From the NCBI RefSeq assembly GCF_009914755.1, contig NC_060931.1: 64,000 nt of DNA; one strand, written 5' to 3'. Position numbers and translations under genes: made by a program. This DNA comes from the human T2T-CHM13v2.0 reference genome, Homo sapiens. Below, in pieces: positions 47,801 through 62,500 of this stretch. A model generated the notes under the pieces. It searched no databases and was not told the origin of the DNA. It worked only from the letters and a program-made list of their open reading frames with translations. How positions within the stretch are numbered: position 1 is the stretch's first letter; each line of letters begins with the position of its first letter.

Positions 47801-50500
47801 CTTTACATAAAAACTACACAGAAGCATTCTGAGAAACTTCTTTATGATTTGTATATTCAACTTTCAGGGTTGAACCTATCTTTTGATTGAGCAGTTTAGT
47901 ATCTCTCTTTTTGTAGAATCTGCAAGTGGATATTTGGAGCTCTTTGCTCCCTGTGGTGGAAAAGGGAATATCTTCAAATAAAACCTACACAGAAGCATTC
48001 TCAGAAATTTCTTCATGATGTGTGCATTCAACTCACAGAATTGAACCTATGCTTTGATTGAGCAGTTTGAATCTCTCTTGCTGTAGATTCTGCAAGTGGA
48101 TATTTGGAGCACTTTGAGGCCTATAGCTGAAAAGGAAATGTCTTCACATAAAAACTAGACAGAAGCATTCTGAGAAACTTCTTTGGGATATGTGCATTCA
48201 ACTCACAGCGTTGAACCTATCTTATGATTGAGTAGTTTTGAAACACTTTTTTTGTAGAATCTGCAGGTGGATATTTGGAGTGCCTTGAGGTCTATTGTGG
48301 AAAAGGTAATATCTTCACATAAAAACTATACAGAAACATGCTGAGAAACTACTTTGTGATGTGTGCATTCATCTCACAGAGTTGAAACTTTTTTTTATTG
48401 AGCACTTTTGAAACACTGTTTTTGAAGAATCTACAGGTGGATATTTGGAGCACTTTGAGGCCTACTGTGGAAAAGAAAATATCTTCACATAAATAATACA
48501 CAGAAGCATTTTGAGAAACTACTTCATGATGTGCACATTCATCTCACAGAGTTGAACATTTCTTATGATTGAGCAGACTGGAAACATTCTTTTTGTAGAA
48601 TCTGCAAGTGGTTATTTGGAGTGCTTTGAGTCCTAATGTGGAAAAGGAAATATCTTCACATAAAAACTACTCAGAAGAATTCAGAGAAACTTCTTTTTGA
48701 TGTGTGCATTCACCTCACATAGTTGATCCTTTCTTTTGATTGAGCAGGCTTGAAGCACTCTTTTTCCTTTTTTATTTCATTTTTTATTATTTTTTTATTA
48801 TTTTTTTATTTTTTTATTATTATACTTTAAGTTTTAGGGTACATGTGCACAATGTGCATGTTAGTTACATATGTAGCACTCTATTGATAGAACCCAGAAG
48901 TGGATATTTGGAGGACTTTGAGGCCTATTTTGGAAAAGAAATATCATCACCTAAAAACTACACAGAAATATTCTGAGATACTTCTTTGTTATGTGTGCAT
49001 TAAACTCACAGAACTGAAGGTATGTTTTGGTTGAGCAGTTTGGAGTCTCTCTTTTTGGACAATCTGAAAGTGGACATTTGGAGCGCTTTGAGGCCTACTG
49101 TGGAAAAGCAAATATCTTCACATAAAAACTACACAGAAGCATTCTGAGGAACTTCTCTGTGATGTGTGCATTCAACTCACAGAGTCCAACCTATCTTTTG
49201 ATTGAGCAGTTTTGAATCTCTCTTTTTGAAGAATCTGCAAGTGGATATTTTGAGCCCTATGCGGCCTATGGTGGAAAAAGAAATATCTTCAAATAAAAAC
49301 TAAACAGAAGCATTCTGAGAAACTTCTTTGTGATATTTGCATTCATCTCACAGCGTTGAACGTATCTTATGATTGAGCAGTTTTGTAACACTCTTTTTGT
49401 AGAATCTGCAAGTGGATGTTTGGAGTGCCTTGAGGCCTATTGTGGAAAAGGAAATATCTTCACATAAAAACTACATGGAAGCATTCTGAGAAACTTCTTT
49501 GTGATGTGTGCAATCATCTCACAGAGTTGATCTTTTCTTTTGATTGAACAGTTTTGAAACACTGTTTCTGTAAAATCTGCAAGTGGATATTTGGAGCGCT
49601 TTGAGGCCTACTGTGGAAAAGCAAATATATTCACATGAAAACTACACAGAAGCATTCTGAGAAACTTCGATGTGAGAGGTGCATTCAACTCACAGAGTCG
49701 AACCTATCTTTTGATTGAGCAGTTTTGAATCTCCCTTTTGGCAGAATCTGCAAGTGGGTATTAGTAGAGCTTTGAGGCCTACTGTGGAAAATGAAATATC
49801 TTCACACAAAAACCACACAGAAGAATTCTGAGAAGCTTCTTTGTGATGTGTGCATTCAACTCAGATAGTGGAACCTATCTTTTGATTGGGCTGTTTTGAA
49901 TCTCTCTTTTTGTAGTATCTGCAAGTGGATATTTGGAGCCCTTTGTGGCCTATGGAGGAAAAGGAAATATCTTCAAATAAAAACTACAGAAAAGCATTCT
50001 GAGAAACTTCTTTGTGATGTGTGCATTCATCACACTGGATAGAACCTCTTATGATTGAGCAGTTTGGAAACACTCTTTTTATAGAATCTGCAAGTGTATA
50101 TTTGGAGGGCTTTGAAGCCGTTTGTGGAAAAGGAAATATCTTCACATAAAACTACACAGAAGCATTCTGAGAAAGTTGTTTGTGATATGGGCACTCATCT
50201 CACAGAGTTGATCCTTTCTTTTGATTGAGCAGTTTTGAAACACTTTTTGAAGAATCTGGAAGTGGATGTTTGGAGGGCTTTGAGTCCTCTTTTGGAAAAG
50301 GAAATATCTTCACATAAAAACTACACAGAAGGATTCTGAGAAACTTCTTTGTTATGTGTGCATTCAACTCACAGTGTTGAACCCATGCTTTGAATGAGCA
50401 GTTTTTAATCTCTCTTTTTGGAGAATCTGCAAGTGGAAATTTGGAGAGCTTTGAGGCCTACTGTGGAAAAGCAAATATCTTCACATAAAAACTACACAGA
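41871..50500. repeat. Alpha satellite, monomeric layer 2 (SF4/M1-like, no CENP-B boxes)
   Basis: Diagnostic shifts: aaaactacacagaagcattctgag, gaacctatcttttgattgagcag, ttttgaatctctct, cttcaaataaaa. Only pJalpha-type boxes were seen. Confidence 0.9.
48765..48874 (-). mobile_element. Extremely 5'-truncated L1PA (about 50 bp of 3' UTR plus about 55 bp patterned poly-A)
   Basis: ttattatactttaagttttagggtacatgtgcacaatgtgcatgttagttacatatgt. TSD agcactct(t/a)tt at 48754-48764 and 48875-48885. Confidence 0.92.
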
Positions 50501-53500
50501 AGCATTCGGAGAAACTTCTTTTTGATGTGTGCATTCATCTCACATAGTTGAAACTCTCTTTTATTTGAATAGTTTGGAAACACTCTTTTTGCAGTATCTG
50601 CAAGGGGACATTTGGCACACTTTGCTGCCAATGGTAGAAAAGGTAATATCTTCACATACATACTAGACGGAAGCATTCTGAGAAACTTCTTTGTGATGTG
50701 TGCGTTCATCTCACCGAGTTGAACCTCTCTTTTGATTGAGCAGTTTGGAAACACTCTTTTTGTAGAATCTGCTAGTGGACATTTGGAGCGCTCTGTAGCC
50801 TATGGTAGAAAAGGCAAAATCTTCAACTAAAATCTAGTAAGAAGGAATCTGAGAAACTTCTTTGTGATGTGTACATTCATCTCACAGAGTTAAACCTTTC
50901 TCTTGATTGAGCAGTTTTGAACTCTCTTTTTGTAGAATATGCAAGTGGACATTTGGAGTGCTTTAAGGCCTAAGGTGGAAAAGGAAACGTCTTCGCATAA
51001 AAACTAGACAGAATAATTCGAGAAACTACTTTGTTATGTGTGCATTCATCTCACAGAGTTGAAACTTTCTTTTGATTGAACAGTTTGGAAGCACTGTTTT
51101 TGTAGAATCTGCAAGTGGACATTTGGAGCTCTTTGTGGCCTATGGCGGCAAAGGAAATATCTTCACATAAAATCTAGACAGAAGCAATCTGAGAAACTTC
51201 TTTGTGATGTGTGCATTCATCTCACAGAGATAAACCTTTCTTTAGATTGAGCAGTTTTGAAATTCTCTTTTTGTATAATCTGCAAGTGGACATTTTGACT
51301 GATTTGAGGCCTATGGTGGAAAAGGAAATATCTTCACATAAACATTAGACAGAAGAATTCTGAGAAACTTCTTTGTGAGGTGTACGTTCATCTCACCGAG
51401 TTGAACTTTTCTTTGGACAGAGCCGTTTGGAAACACTCTTTTTGAAGAAAATGCAAGTAGACATTTGGAGTGCTTTGTGGCTTATGGTAGAAAACGAAAT
51501 ACCTTCACATAAAATCTAGACAGAAGCAAACTGAGAAACTTCTTTGTGATGTGTGCAATCATCTCACAGAGTTAAACCTTTCTATTAATGAGCAGTTTTG
51601 AAACTCTCTTTTTGTAGAATCTGCAAGTGGATATTTGGAGGGCTTTGAGGCCTGTGGTGGAAAAGGAAATATCTTCTCATAAAAACTAGACAGAAGAATT
51701 CTGAGAAATTTCTTTGTGATGTGTGCTTTCCTCTCACAGAGTTCAACATTCCTTTTGATTGAGAAGTTTGGAAACACTCTTTTTGTAGAATCAGCAAGTT
51801 GACATTTGGAGAGCTTCGCGGCCTGTGGTAGAAAAGGAACTATCTTCACATAAAATCTAGACAGAAGCAATCTGAGAAATTTTGTGGTGTGTGCATTCCT
51901 CTCATTGAGTTAAACCTTTCTTTTGATTGAGCAATATTGAAGCTCACATTTTGTAGAATCTGCAATTGGACATTTGGAGTGCTTTGAGGAGTATGGTGGA
52001 TAAGGAATAACTTCACACAAAAACTAGACAGCAGAATTCTGAGAAACTACTTCTTGATGTGTGCGTTCATCTCACAGAGGTGAATATTTCCTTGGATTGT
52101 GCAGTTTGGAAACACTCTTCTTGTAGAATCTACATGTGGACATTTGGAGCGCTTTGTGGAAGATTGTACAAAGGGAAATATCTTCACATAAAAACTAGGT
52201 AGAAGCATGCTGAGAACCTTCTTTTTGATGTGTGTGTTCATCCCATAGAGTTGAAAATGTCTTTTGATTTAGCAGTTTGGAAACACTCTTTTTGTATAAT
52301 ATGAAAGTGGATATTTGGAGCTCTACTTGGTCTATGTTTAAGTTGGAAATATGTTCACATAAAATCTAGACAGAAGCAATCCGAGAAACTCCTTAGTGAT
52401 GTGTGCATTCATCTCACGGAATTAAAACTTTCTTTTGACTGAGGAGTTTTGAAACTCTCTTTTTGTAGAATCTGCAAGTGGACATTTTGGGCGTTTTGAG
52501 GCCTATGGTGGAAAAGGAAATATCTTCACATAAAAATTAGATGGAAGCATTCTGAGAAAATTCTTTGTGATGTGTGCATTCATCACCCAGATTTGAAACT
52601 TTCTTTTGATGGACCAGTTTTGAAATAGATTTTGTAGAATCTGCAAGTGGACATTTGCAGTGCTGTGAGGCCTACGGTGGAAACGGAAATATATTCACAC
52701 AAAAACTAGACAGAAGCATTCTCAGAAACTTCTTTGTGATGTGTGAGTTTTTCTCACAGAGTTGAAACTCTCTTTTGATTGAGCAGTTTGGAGACACACT
52801 TTTTGTAGAATCTGCAAGTGGACATTTGGAGCACTTTGCAGCCTATGGTAGAAAAGGAAATATCTTCACATGAAATCTAGACAGAAGCAATCTGAGAAAC
52901 TGCTTTGTTATGCGTGCATTCATCTCACTGAGTTAAACCTTTATTTTGATTGGGTAGTTTTGAAACTCTCTTTTTGTACAATCTGCAAGTGGACATTTGC
53001 AGCGCTGTGAGGCCTATGGTGGAAACGGAAATATATTCACATAACTAGACAGAAGCATTCTCAGAAACTTCTTTGTGATGTGTGCATTCAGCTCATAGAG
53101 TTGAACCTTTCTTTTGATTGAGCAGTTTGGAAACACTCTTTCTGTAGTATCTGCAAATGGATATTTGCAGCTCTTTGAGGCCTGTAGCAGAAAAGGAAAT
53201 ATCTTCAAATAAAAACTAGACAGAATTATTCTCCAAAACTTCTTTGTGATGTGTGCATTCATCTCAGAGAGTTGAAACTTTCTTTTGATTGAGCAGTTTT
53301 GAAACAATCTTTTTGAAGAATCTGCAAGAGGATATTTGGAGCACTTTGTGGCCAATGGTAGAAAATGAAATATCTTCACATAAAAACTTGACAGAAGCAT
53401 TGTCAGAAACTTCTGTGTGATGTGTGCATTCAACTCACATAGTTGAAGATTTCTTAAGATTGAGCAGTTTGGAAACACTCTTCTTGCAGTATCCACAAAT

Positions 53501-56500
53501 GGATATTTGGAGCACTTTGATGCCTATAGCTGAAATGGAAATATCTCCACATAAAAATTAGACAGAAGGATTCTGAGAAACTTATTTGTGATGTGTGCAT
53601 TCATCTCCCAGAGTTGAAACTTTCTTTTGATTGAGCAGTTTTGAAAATCTTTTTTTGTAGAATCTGCAAGTGGATATTTGGAGCGCTTTGAGGCCAATAG
53701 TGACAAAGGAAACCTCTTCACATAAAAATTAGGCAGAAGCATTCTGGAAACTTCTTTGTGATGTGTGCATTCAACTCATGGAGTTGAACCTTTCTTTTGA
53801 TTGAGCTGTTTGGGAAGACTCATTTTCTAGTATCTGCAAATGGATATTTGGAGCCCTTTGACGTCTATAGCTTAAAAGGAAATATCTTCACATAAAGACT
53901 AGACGGAAGTATTCTCAGAAACTTCTTTGTGATGTGTGCATTCAACTCACAGAGTTGAAATTTTCTTTTAATTGAGCAGTTTGGAAATACTCGCTTTGTA
54001 GTATCTGCAATTGGATATTTGGAGCACTTTGAGGCCAATAGATAAAATGGAAATATCTTCACATAAAAAGTAGACAGAAGCATTCTGAGAAACTTCTTTG
54101 TGATGTGTGCAATCATCTCACAGAATTAAAATTTTCTTTTGATTAAGCAGTTTTGAAACAAACTTTTTGGAGAATCTCCAATTGGTTATTTGGAGAGCTT
54201 TGGGGCCTGTGGTAGAAAAGGAAATAACTTCAGATGAAAACTACACAGAAGCATTCTGAGAAACTTCTTAGGGATGTGTGCATTCAACTCAGAATTGAGC
54301 CTTCCTTTTGATTGAGCAGTTTGGAAACACTCTTTTTGTAGTATCTGCAAATGGATATTTGCAGGGCTTTGAGGCCTGTAGCTGAAAAGGAAATATCTTC
54401 ACATAGAAACTAGACAGAAGTATTCTCAGAAACTTATTTGTGATATCTGCATTCATCTCAGAGAGTTGAACCTTTCTTTTGATTGAGCAGTTTTGAAACA
54501 CTCTTTTTGTAGAATTCGCAAGTGAATATTTGCAGCGCTTAGAGGCCTACATCTGAAAGGAAATATCTTCACATGTAAACTAGACAGAAACATCCTCAGA
54601 AACTTCTTTTGATATGTACATTCACCTCACAGATTTGAACCTTTCTTTTTTTGAGCAGTTTGGAAACACTCTTTCTGTAGTATCTGCAAATGGATATTTG
54701 CAGCGCTTTGAGGTCTATAGCAGAGAAGGAAATATCTTCACATAAAAACTAGACAGAAGTATTCTCAGAAACTTCTTTGTGATGTGTGCATTCATCTCAG
54801 AGAGTTGAACCTTTCTTTTGATTGAGCAGTTTTGAAACACTCTTTTTGTAAAATTTACAAGCGGATATTTGGAGTGCTTTGAGGCGTCTGGTGGAAAAGG
54901 AAATATCTTCACATAAAAACTAGACAGAAGCATTCTCAGACACTTCTTTGTGCTGTGTACATTCCTGTCACAGATTTGAACCTTTCTTTTTATTGAGCAG
55001 TTTGGAACCACTCTTTTTGCAGTACCTGGAAAAGGATATTAGGAGCCCTTTGAGGCCTACAGCTGAAAACAAAATTTCTTCTAATAAAAAATAGACAGAA
55101 GGATTCTCAGAAACTTCTTTGTGTTGTCTGAATTCATCTCACAGAGTTAAACCTTTCTTTTGATTGAGCAGTTTTGAAACTATTCCTTTGTAGAATCTGC
55201 AAGTGGACATTTGGAGCAATTTGAGGCCTATGGTGGAAAAGGAAATAACTTCACATAAAAACTAGACAGAAGAATTCTGAGAAACTGCTTTGTTATGTGT
55301 CCGTTCATCTCACAGAGATGAACCTTTCTTTTGATTGAGCAGTTTTGAAACACTCTTTTTGGAGAATCTGCCTGTGGACATTTGAGCGCTTTGAGGCCTA
55401 TGGTGGATAACGAAATATCTTTATATAATAACTAGACAGAAGCACTCTGAGAAACTTCTTTGTGATGTGTGTGTTCATCTCACAGAGTAAAAACTTTCTT
55501 TTGATTGAGCAGTTTTGAAACTCTCTTTTTGTAGTATGTGTAAGTGGACATTTGGAGCACTTTGTGGCCTATGGTGGAAAAGGAAATATCTTCACATGAA
55601 AAATAGACAGAAGAATTCTGAGAATCTTCTTTGTGAGGTTAGCGTTCATCTCACAGAGTTGAAACTTTATTTGATTGAGCAGTTTTGAAACTCTCTTTTT
55701 GTAGAATCTGAAAGAGAACATTTGGAACTCTTTGAGGCCTATGGTGGAAAAGCTAATATCTTCACATAAAAACTAGGAAGAAGAATTCTGAGAAACTTCT
55801 TTGTGATGTGTGCATTCATCTCACAGAATTGAACCTTTCTTTTGATTGAGCAGTTTGGAAACACTCTTTTATTAGAATCTGCAAGTGGACATTTGGAGTG
55901 CTTTGTGGCCTATGTTATAAAAGGAAATATCTTCACATAAAATCTAGACAGAAACAATCTGAGAAACTACTTTGTGATGTGTTCATTCATCTCACTTATT
56001 TAAACCTTTCTTTTGTTTGAGCAGTTTTGAAACTCTCTTTTTGTAGAATTTGCAAGTGGACATTTGGAGGGCTTTGAGGACTATGGTGGAAAAGGAAATA
56101 TCTTCACATAAAAACTAGACAGAAGAATTCTGAGAAACTTCTTTGTGGTGTGTGTGTTTGTCTCCCAGAGTTGAACCTTTCTTTTGATTGAGAAGTTTGG
56201 AAAAACTCTTTTTGTAATATCTGCAAGAGGATGATTTTACGCTTTGGGGCCTATGGTAGAAAAGTAAATATCTTCACATAAAATGTAGACAAAAGCAATC
56301 TGAGAAACTTCTTGTGATGTGGGCATTCATCTCCCAAAATCAAAAGTTTCTTTTGATTGAGAAGTTTTGAAACTCTCTTTTTGTAGAGTTTGCAGGGGAC
56401 ATTTGGATTGCCTTGAGGCCTATGATGGAAAAGGAAATAGCTTCACATGAAAACTAGACAGAAGAATTCTGAGAAACCACTTTGTGACGTGTGCATTCAT

Positions 56501-59500
56501 CCCACAGAGTTGAACCTCTCTTTTTATTGAGCAGTTTGGAAACACTCTTTTTGTAGAATCTGCAAGTGTACATTTGGAGTGCTTTGCGGCCCATGGTAGA
56601 AAAAAAATATCTTCACATAAAATCTAGACAGAAGCAATCTGGGAAACTTCTTTGTGATGTGTGCATTCATCTCACAAAGTTAAAACTTTCTTTTGATTGA
56701 GTAGTTTTGAAACACTCTTTTTGAAGACTCTGCAAGCGGACATTTGGAGCACTTTGAGGCCTATGGTGGAAAAGGAAATATCTCCACATAAAAACTAGAC
56801 AGAAGAATTCTGAGAAACTTCTCTGTGATGCTTGCATTCATCTCAAATAGTTGAACCTTTCTTTCGATTGAGCAGTTTGGAAACACTCTTTTGGTAGAAT
56901 CTGCAATTTCAAATTTGGAGCTATTTGCGGCCTATGGTAGAGAAGGAAATATCTTCACATACAATCTAGACAGAAGCAATCTGAGAAACTGCTTTGTGAT
57001 GTGTGCATTCATCTTACAGAGTTAAACCTTAGTTTTGATTGAGCCGTTTTTGAAACTGTTTTTGTAGAATCTGCAAGTGTGCATTTGGATCGCTTTGAGG
57101 CCTAGGGTGGAAAAGGAAATATTTTCTCATAAAAACTAGAGAGAAGAATTCGGAAAAACTTCTTTGTGACATGTGCGTTCATCTCACAGAGTTGAAACTC
57201 TCTTTTGATTGAGCAGTTTTGCAACACTCTTTTTGTAGAATTTGCAAGTGGATATTTGGAGTGCTTTGATGCCTATGGTGGAAAAGGAAATATCTTAACA
57301 TAAAAACTAGACAGAAGCATTCTCAGAAACTTCTTTTTGATGTGTGCGTTCAACTCACAGAGTTGAACCTTTCTTTTGATTGAGCAGTTTGGAAACACTC
57401 TTTTTATACTATCTGCAAATGGGTATTTACAGCTCTTTGAGGAGTATAGCTGAAAAGGCAATATCCTCACATAAAAAGTAGACAGAAGCATTCTGAGAAA
57501 CCTCTTTGGGATGTGTGCATTCATCTCACAGAGTTGAACCTTTCTTTTGATTGCGTAGGTTGGAAACACTCTTTTTGTAGAATCTGCAAGTGGACATTTG
57601 GAGTGCTTTACAGCCTATGATAGAAAAAGAAATATCTTCACATAAAATCTAGACAGAAGCAGTCTGAGAAACTTCTGTGTTATGTGTGCATTCATCTCAC
57701 AAAGTTAAAACTTTCTTTTGATTGAGCAGTTTTGAAACTCTCTTTATGTAGAAACTGCAAGTGGACATTTGGAGCACTTTGAGGCCTATGGTGGAAAAGT
57801 AAATATCTTCACATTAAAACTAGACAGAAGAATTCTGAGAAACTTCTTTGTGATGCTTCCTTTCATCTCAGAGAGTTGAAGCTTTATTTGATTGAGCAGT
57901 TTGGAAACACTCTTGGTAGAATCTGCAAGTTGAAAATTGGAGCTCTTTGTGACCTATGGTAGAGAAGGAAACATCTTCACATAAAATCTAGACAGAAGCA
58001 ATCTGAGAAACTGGTTTGAGATGTGTGCATTCATCTCACAGGGTTGAACCTTTCTTTTGATTGAGCAGTTTTGAAACTATCTTTTTGTAAAATCTGCAAG
58101 TGGATATTTGGAGTGCTTTGAGGCCTATGCTGTAAAAGGAAATGTCATCACATAAAAACTACACAGAAGCATTCTCAGAAAGTTCACTGTGATGTGTGCA
58201 TTCATCTCATAGAGTTAAACCTTTCTTTTGATTGAGCAGTTTGGAAACACTCTTTTTATACTATTTGCAAATGGGTATTTACAGCTCTTTGAGGAGTATA
58301 GCTGAAAAGGCAATATCCTCACATAAAAAGTAGACAGAAGCATTCTGAGAAACCTCTTTGTGATGTGTGCATTCATCTCACAGAGTTGAACCTTTCTTTT
58401 GATTGAGCAGTTTGGAAACACTCTTTTTGTAGTATCTGCAAGTGGACATTTGGAGTGCTTTGCGGCCTGTGGTAGAAAAGGAAAGATCTTCACAAAAAAT
58501 CTAGACAGAAGCAATCTGAGAAACTTCTTTGTGATGTGTGCATTCATCTCACAAAGTTAAAACTTTCTTTTGATTGAGCAGTTTTGAAACTCTCTTTTTG
58601 TAGTATCTGCAAGTGGATATTTTGAGCACTTTGAGGCCTATGATGGAAAAGGAAATATCTTAACATAAAAACTAGACAGAAGCATTCTGAGAAACTTCTT
58701 TGTGATGCTTGCATTCATCTCAAAGAGTTTAACCTTTCTTTGAGCAGTTTGGAAACACTCTTTTGGTAGAATCTGCAAGTTCAAATTTGGAGGTCCTTAC
58801 GGCCTGTTAGACAAGGAAATATCCTCACATAATATCTAGAGAGAAGCAATCTGACAAACTGGTTTGTGATGTGTGCATTCAACTCACATTGTTGAACCTT
58901 TCTTTTAATTAAGCAGTTTTGAAACACTCTTTTTGTGGAATATGTAAGTGGATATTTGGAGCGCTTTGAGGCCTATGCTGGAAAAGGAAATATCTTCACC
59001 TAAAAAGTAGACAGAAGCATTCTCAGAAACTTCTTCGTGATGTGTGCATTCAGCTCATGGAGTTGAACCTTACTTTTGATTGAGCAGTTTGGAAACACTC
59101 TTTTTATAGTATCTGCAAATGGATATTTGCAGTGCTTTGAGGCCTATAGGGGCACAGGAAATATCTTCACATAAAAACTAGACAGAAGCATTCTGAGAAA
59201 CTTCTTTGGTATGTGTGCATTCATCTCACAGATTTTAACCTTTTTTTTGATTGAACAGTTTTGAAACACTCTTTTTGGAGAATGTGCATGTGGATATTGG
59301 GAGTGATTTGAGGCCTATGGTGGAAAATGAAATATTTTCACATAAAAACTTGACAGAAGCATTGTCAGAAACTTCATTGTGATGTGTGCATTCAACTCAC
59401 AGAGTTGAAGTTTTCTTTTGATTGAGCAGATTGGAAAAACCCTTTTTACAGTATCCACAAATGGATATTTGGAGCGCTTTGAGGCCTATAGCTGAAATGG

Positions 59501-62500
59501 AAATATCTTGACATAAAAATTAGACAGAAGCATTCTGAGAAACTTCTTTGTGATGTGTGTGTTCATTTCAAAGAGTTGAACCTTTCTTTTGATTGAGCAG
59601 TTTTGAAAATCTCTTTTTGTAGAATCTGCAAGTGGATAATTGGAGTGCTTTGAGGCCAATGTGGAAAAGGAAATATCTCCACATAAAAACAAGACAGAAG
59701 TATTCTGAGAAACTTCCTTGTGATGTGTGCATTCAACTCACAGAGTTGAACTTTCTTTTGATTGAGCTGTTTGAAAACACTCATTTTGTAGTATCTGCAA
59801 ATGTATATTTGGAGCACTTTGATGTCCATAGCTTAAAAGGATATATCCTAACATAAAAACTAGACAGAAGCATTCTCAGAAACTTCTTTGTGATGTGTGC
59901 ATTCAACTCACAGAGTTGAAGCTTTCTTTTGATTGAGCAGTTTGGAAACACTCGCTTTGTATTATCTGCAATTGGATATTTGGAGCACTTTGAGGCGTAT
60001 AGCTGAAAAAAGAATTATGTTCACATATAAAGTAGACAGAAGCACTCTGAGAAACTTCTGTGTGCATTCATCTCACAGAGATAAACCGTTCTTTTGATTA
60101 AGCAGTTTTGAAACACACTTTTTGGAGAATCTGCAAATGGATATTTGGAGCGCTTAGAGGCCTGTGGTGGAAAGCAAACATCTTCCCATAAAAACTAGAC
60201 TGAAGCATTCTGAGAAACTTCTTTGTGATGTGTGCATTGAACTCCGAGTTGAACCTTTCTTTTCATTGAGCAGTTTGCAAAGACTCTTTTTGTAGTATCT
60301 GCAAATGGATATTTGGAGCACTTTGAGGCCTATAGCTGAAAAAGAAATATCTTCACATAAAAACTAGACAGAAGCATTCTCAGAAACTTCTTTGTGATGT
60401 GTGCATTCAACTCACAGAGTTGAAGCTTTCTTTTGATTGAGCAGTTTGGAAACACTCATTTTGTAGTGTCTGAAAATGTCTATTTGGAGTGCTTTGAGGC
60501 CTATAGCTGAAAGGAAATATCTTCACATAAAACCTAGACAGAAACATCCTGAGAAACTTCTTTGTGATGTGTGCATTCATCTCACAGAGTTGAAATTGTC
60601 TTTTGATTGAACAGTTTTGAAACACTCTTTTTGTAGAATCTGCAAGTGGATATTTGGAGGGCTTTGAGGCCTATGGTGGAAAAGGAAATATCATCACATA
60701 AAAACTAGACAGAAACATTCTCAGAAACTACTTTGTGATGTGTGCATTTAACTCACAGAGTTGAAGCTTTCTTTTGATTGAGCAGTTTGGAAACACTCTT
60801 TTGGTAGTGCTTTGCGGCCTATGGTAGAATAGGAAATATTTTCGCATAAAAACTAGAGAGAAGAATTATGAGAAACTTCTCTGCTATGTGTGCGTTCATC
60901 TCACGGAGTTGAACCTTTCTTTTGATTGTGAATTTTGGAAACACTCTTTTTTTAGGACCTGCAAGTGGACATTTGGTGTGCTTTGCAACCTATGGTAGAA
61001 AAGGAAATATCTTCACATAAAAACTAAACAGATCCTGAGGAACTTCTTTGTGATGTGTGCATTCATCTCACAGAGTTGAACTTTTCTTTTGATTGCATAG
61101 TTTCAAAACACTCTTTTGGTAGAATCTGCATGTGGAAATTTGGAGCGCTTTGCAGCCTTTGGGAGAAAAGGAAATATCTTCACATAAAATCTAGACAGAA
61201 GCCATCTGAGAAACTTTGTTGTGATGTGTGCATTCACCTCCAAGGGATGAACCTTTCTTTTGATAGACCAGTTTTGAAATACTCCTTTTGTGGAATCTGC
61301 AAGTGGACATTTCAAGCACCTTAAGGTCTATGGTGGAAAATAAAATATCTTCACATAAAAACTAGACAGAAGAATTCTGAGAAACTTCTTTGTGATGTGC
61401 GCGTTCATCTCACAGAGTTGAATCTTTCTTTTGATTGAGCAGTTTGGAAACACTCTTATTGTAGAATCTGCACATGGACATTTGGAGCGTTTTGCTGCCT
61501 GTGGTAGAAAAGGAAATAACTTCACATAAAATCTAGACAGAAGCAATCTGAGAAACTTCTTTGTGATGTGTGCATTCATCTCACAGAGGTAACCCTTTCT
61601 TTGAGTAGTTTTGAAACTCTCTTTTTGTAGAATCTGCAAGTGGACATTTGGAGTGCTTTGAGGCCTATGGTGGAAAAGGAAATATCTTCACATAAAAACT
61701 AGATATAAGCATTCGGAGAAACTTTTTTACGATGTGTGCATTCATCACCCAGAGTTGAACCTTTCTTTTTATGGAACAGTTTTGAAATATTCCTTTTGTA
61801 GAATCTGCAAGTGGACATTTGGAGTGCTTTAAGGCCTAAGGTGGAAAAGGAAACGTCTTCGCATAAAAACTAGACAGAATAATTCTGAGAAACTACTTTG
61901 TTATGTGTGCGTTCATCTCACAGAGTTGAAAACTTTCTTTTGATTGAGCAGTTCGGAAACACTCTTACGGTAGAATCTGCAAGTTGACATTTGGAGCACT
62001 TTGCAGCCAATGTTAGAAAAGGAATTATCTTCACATAAAATCTAGACAGAAGTAATCTGAGAGATTTCCTTGTGATGTGTGCATTCATCTCACAGAGTTA
62101 AACCTTTCTTTTCATTGAACAGTTTTGAAACACTCTATTTGTAGAATCTGCAAGTGGACATTTGGGGCACTTTGAGGCCTATGGTGGAAAAGGAAACATC
62201 TTCACATAAAATCTCGACAGCAGAATTGTGAGAAAAATCTTTGTGACGTGTGTGTTCATCTCACAGAATTCAACATTTCTTTTCATTGAGCAGTTTGGAA
62301 ACACTCTTTTTATAGGATCTGCAAGTGGACATTTGGAGTGATTTGCGGCCAATCGTAGAAAAGGAAATATCTTCACATAAAACCTAGAGAGAAGCAATCT
62401 GAGAAACTTCTTTGTGATGTGTGCATTCATCTCACAGAGTTAAACCTTTCTCTTGATAGAGCAGTTTTGAAACTCTCTTTTTGTAGAATCTGCAATTGGA

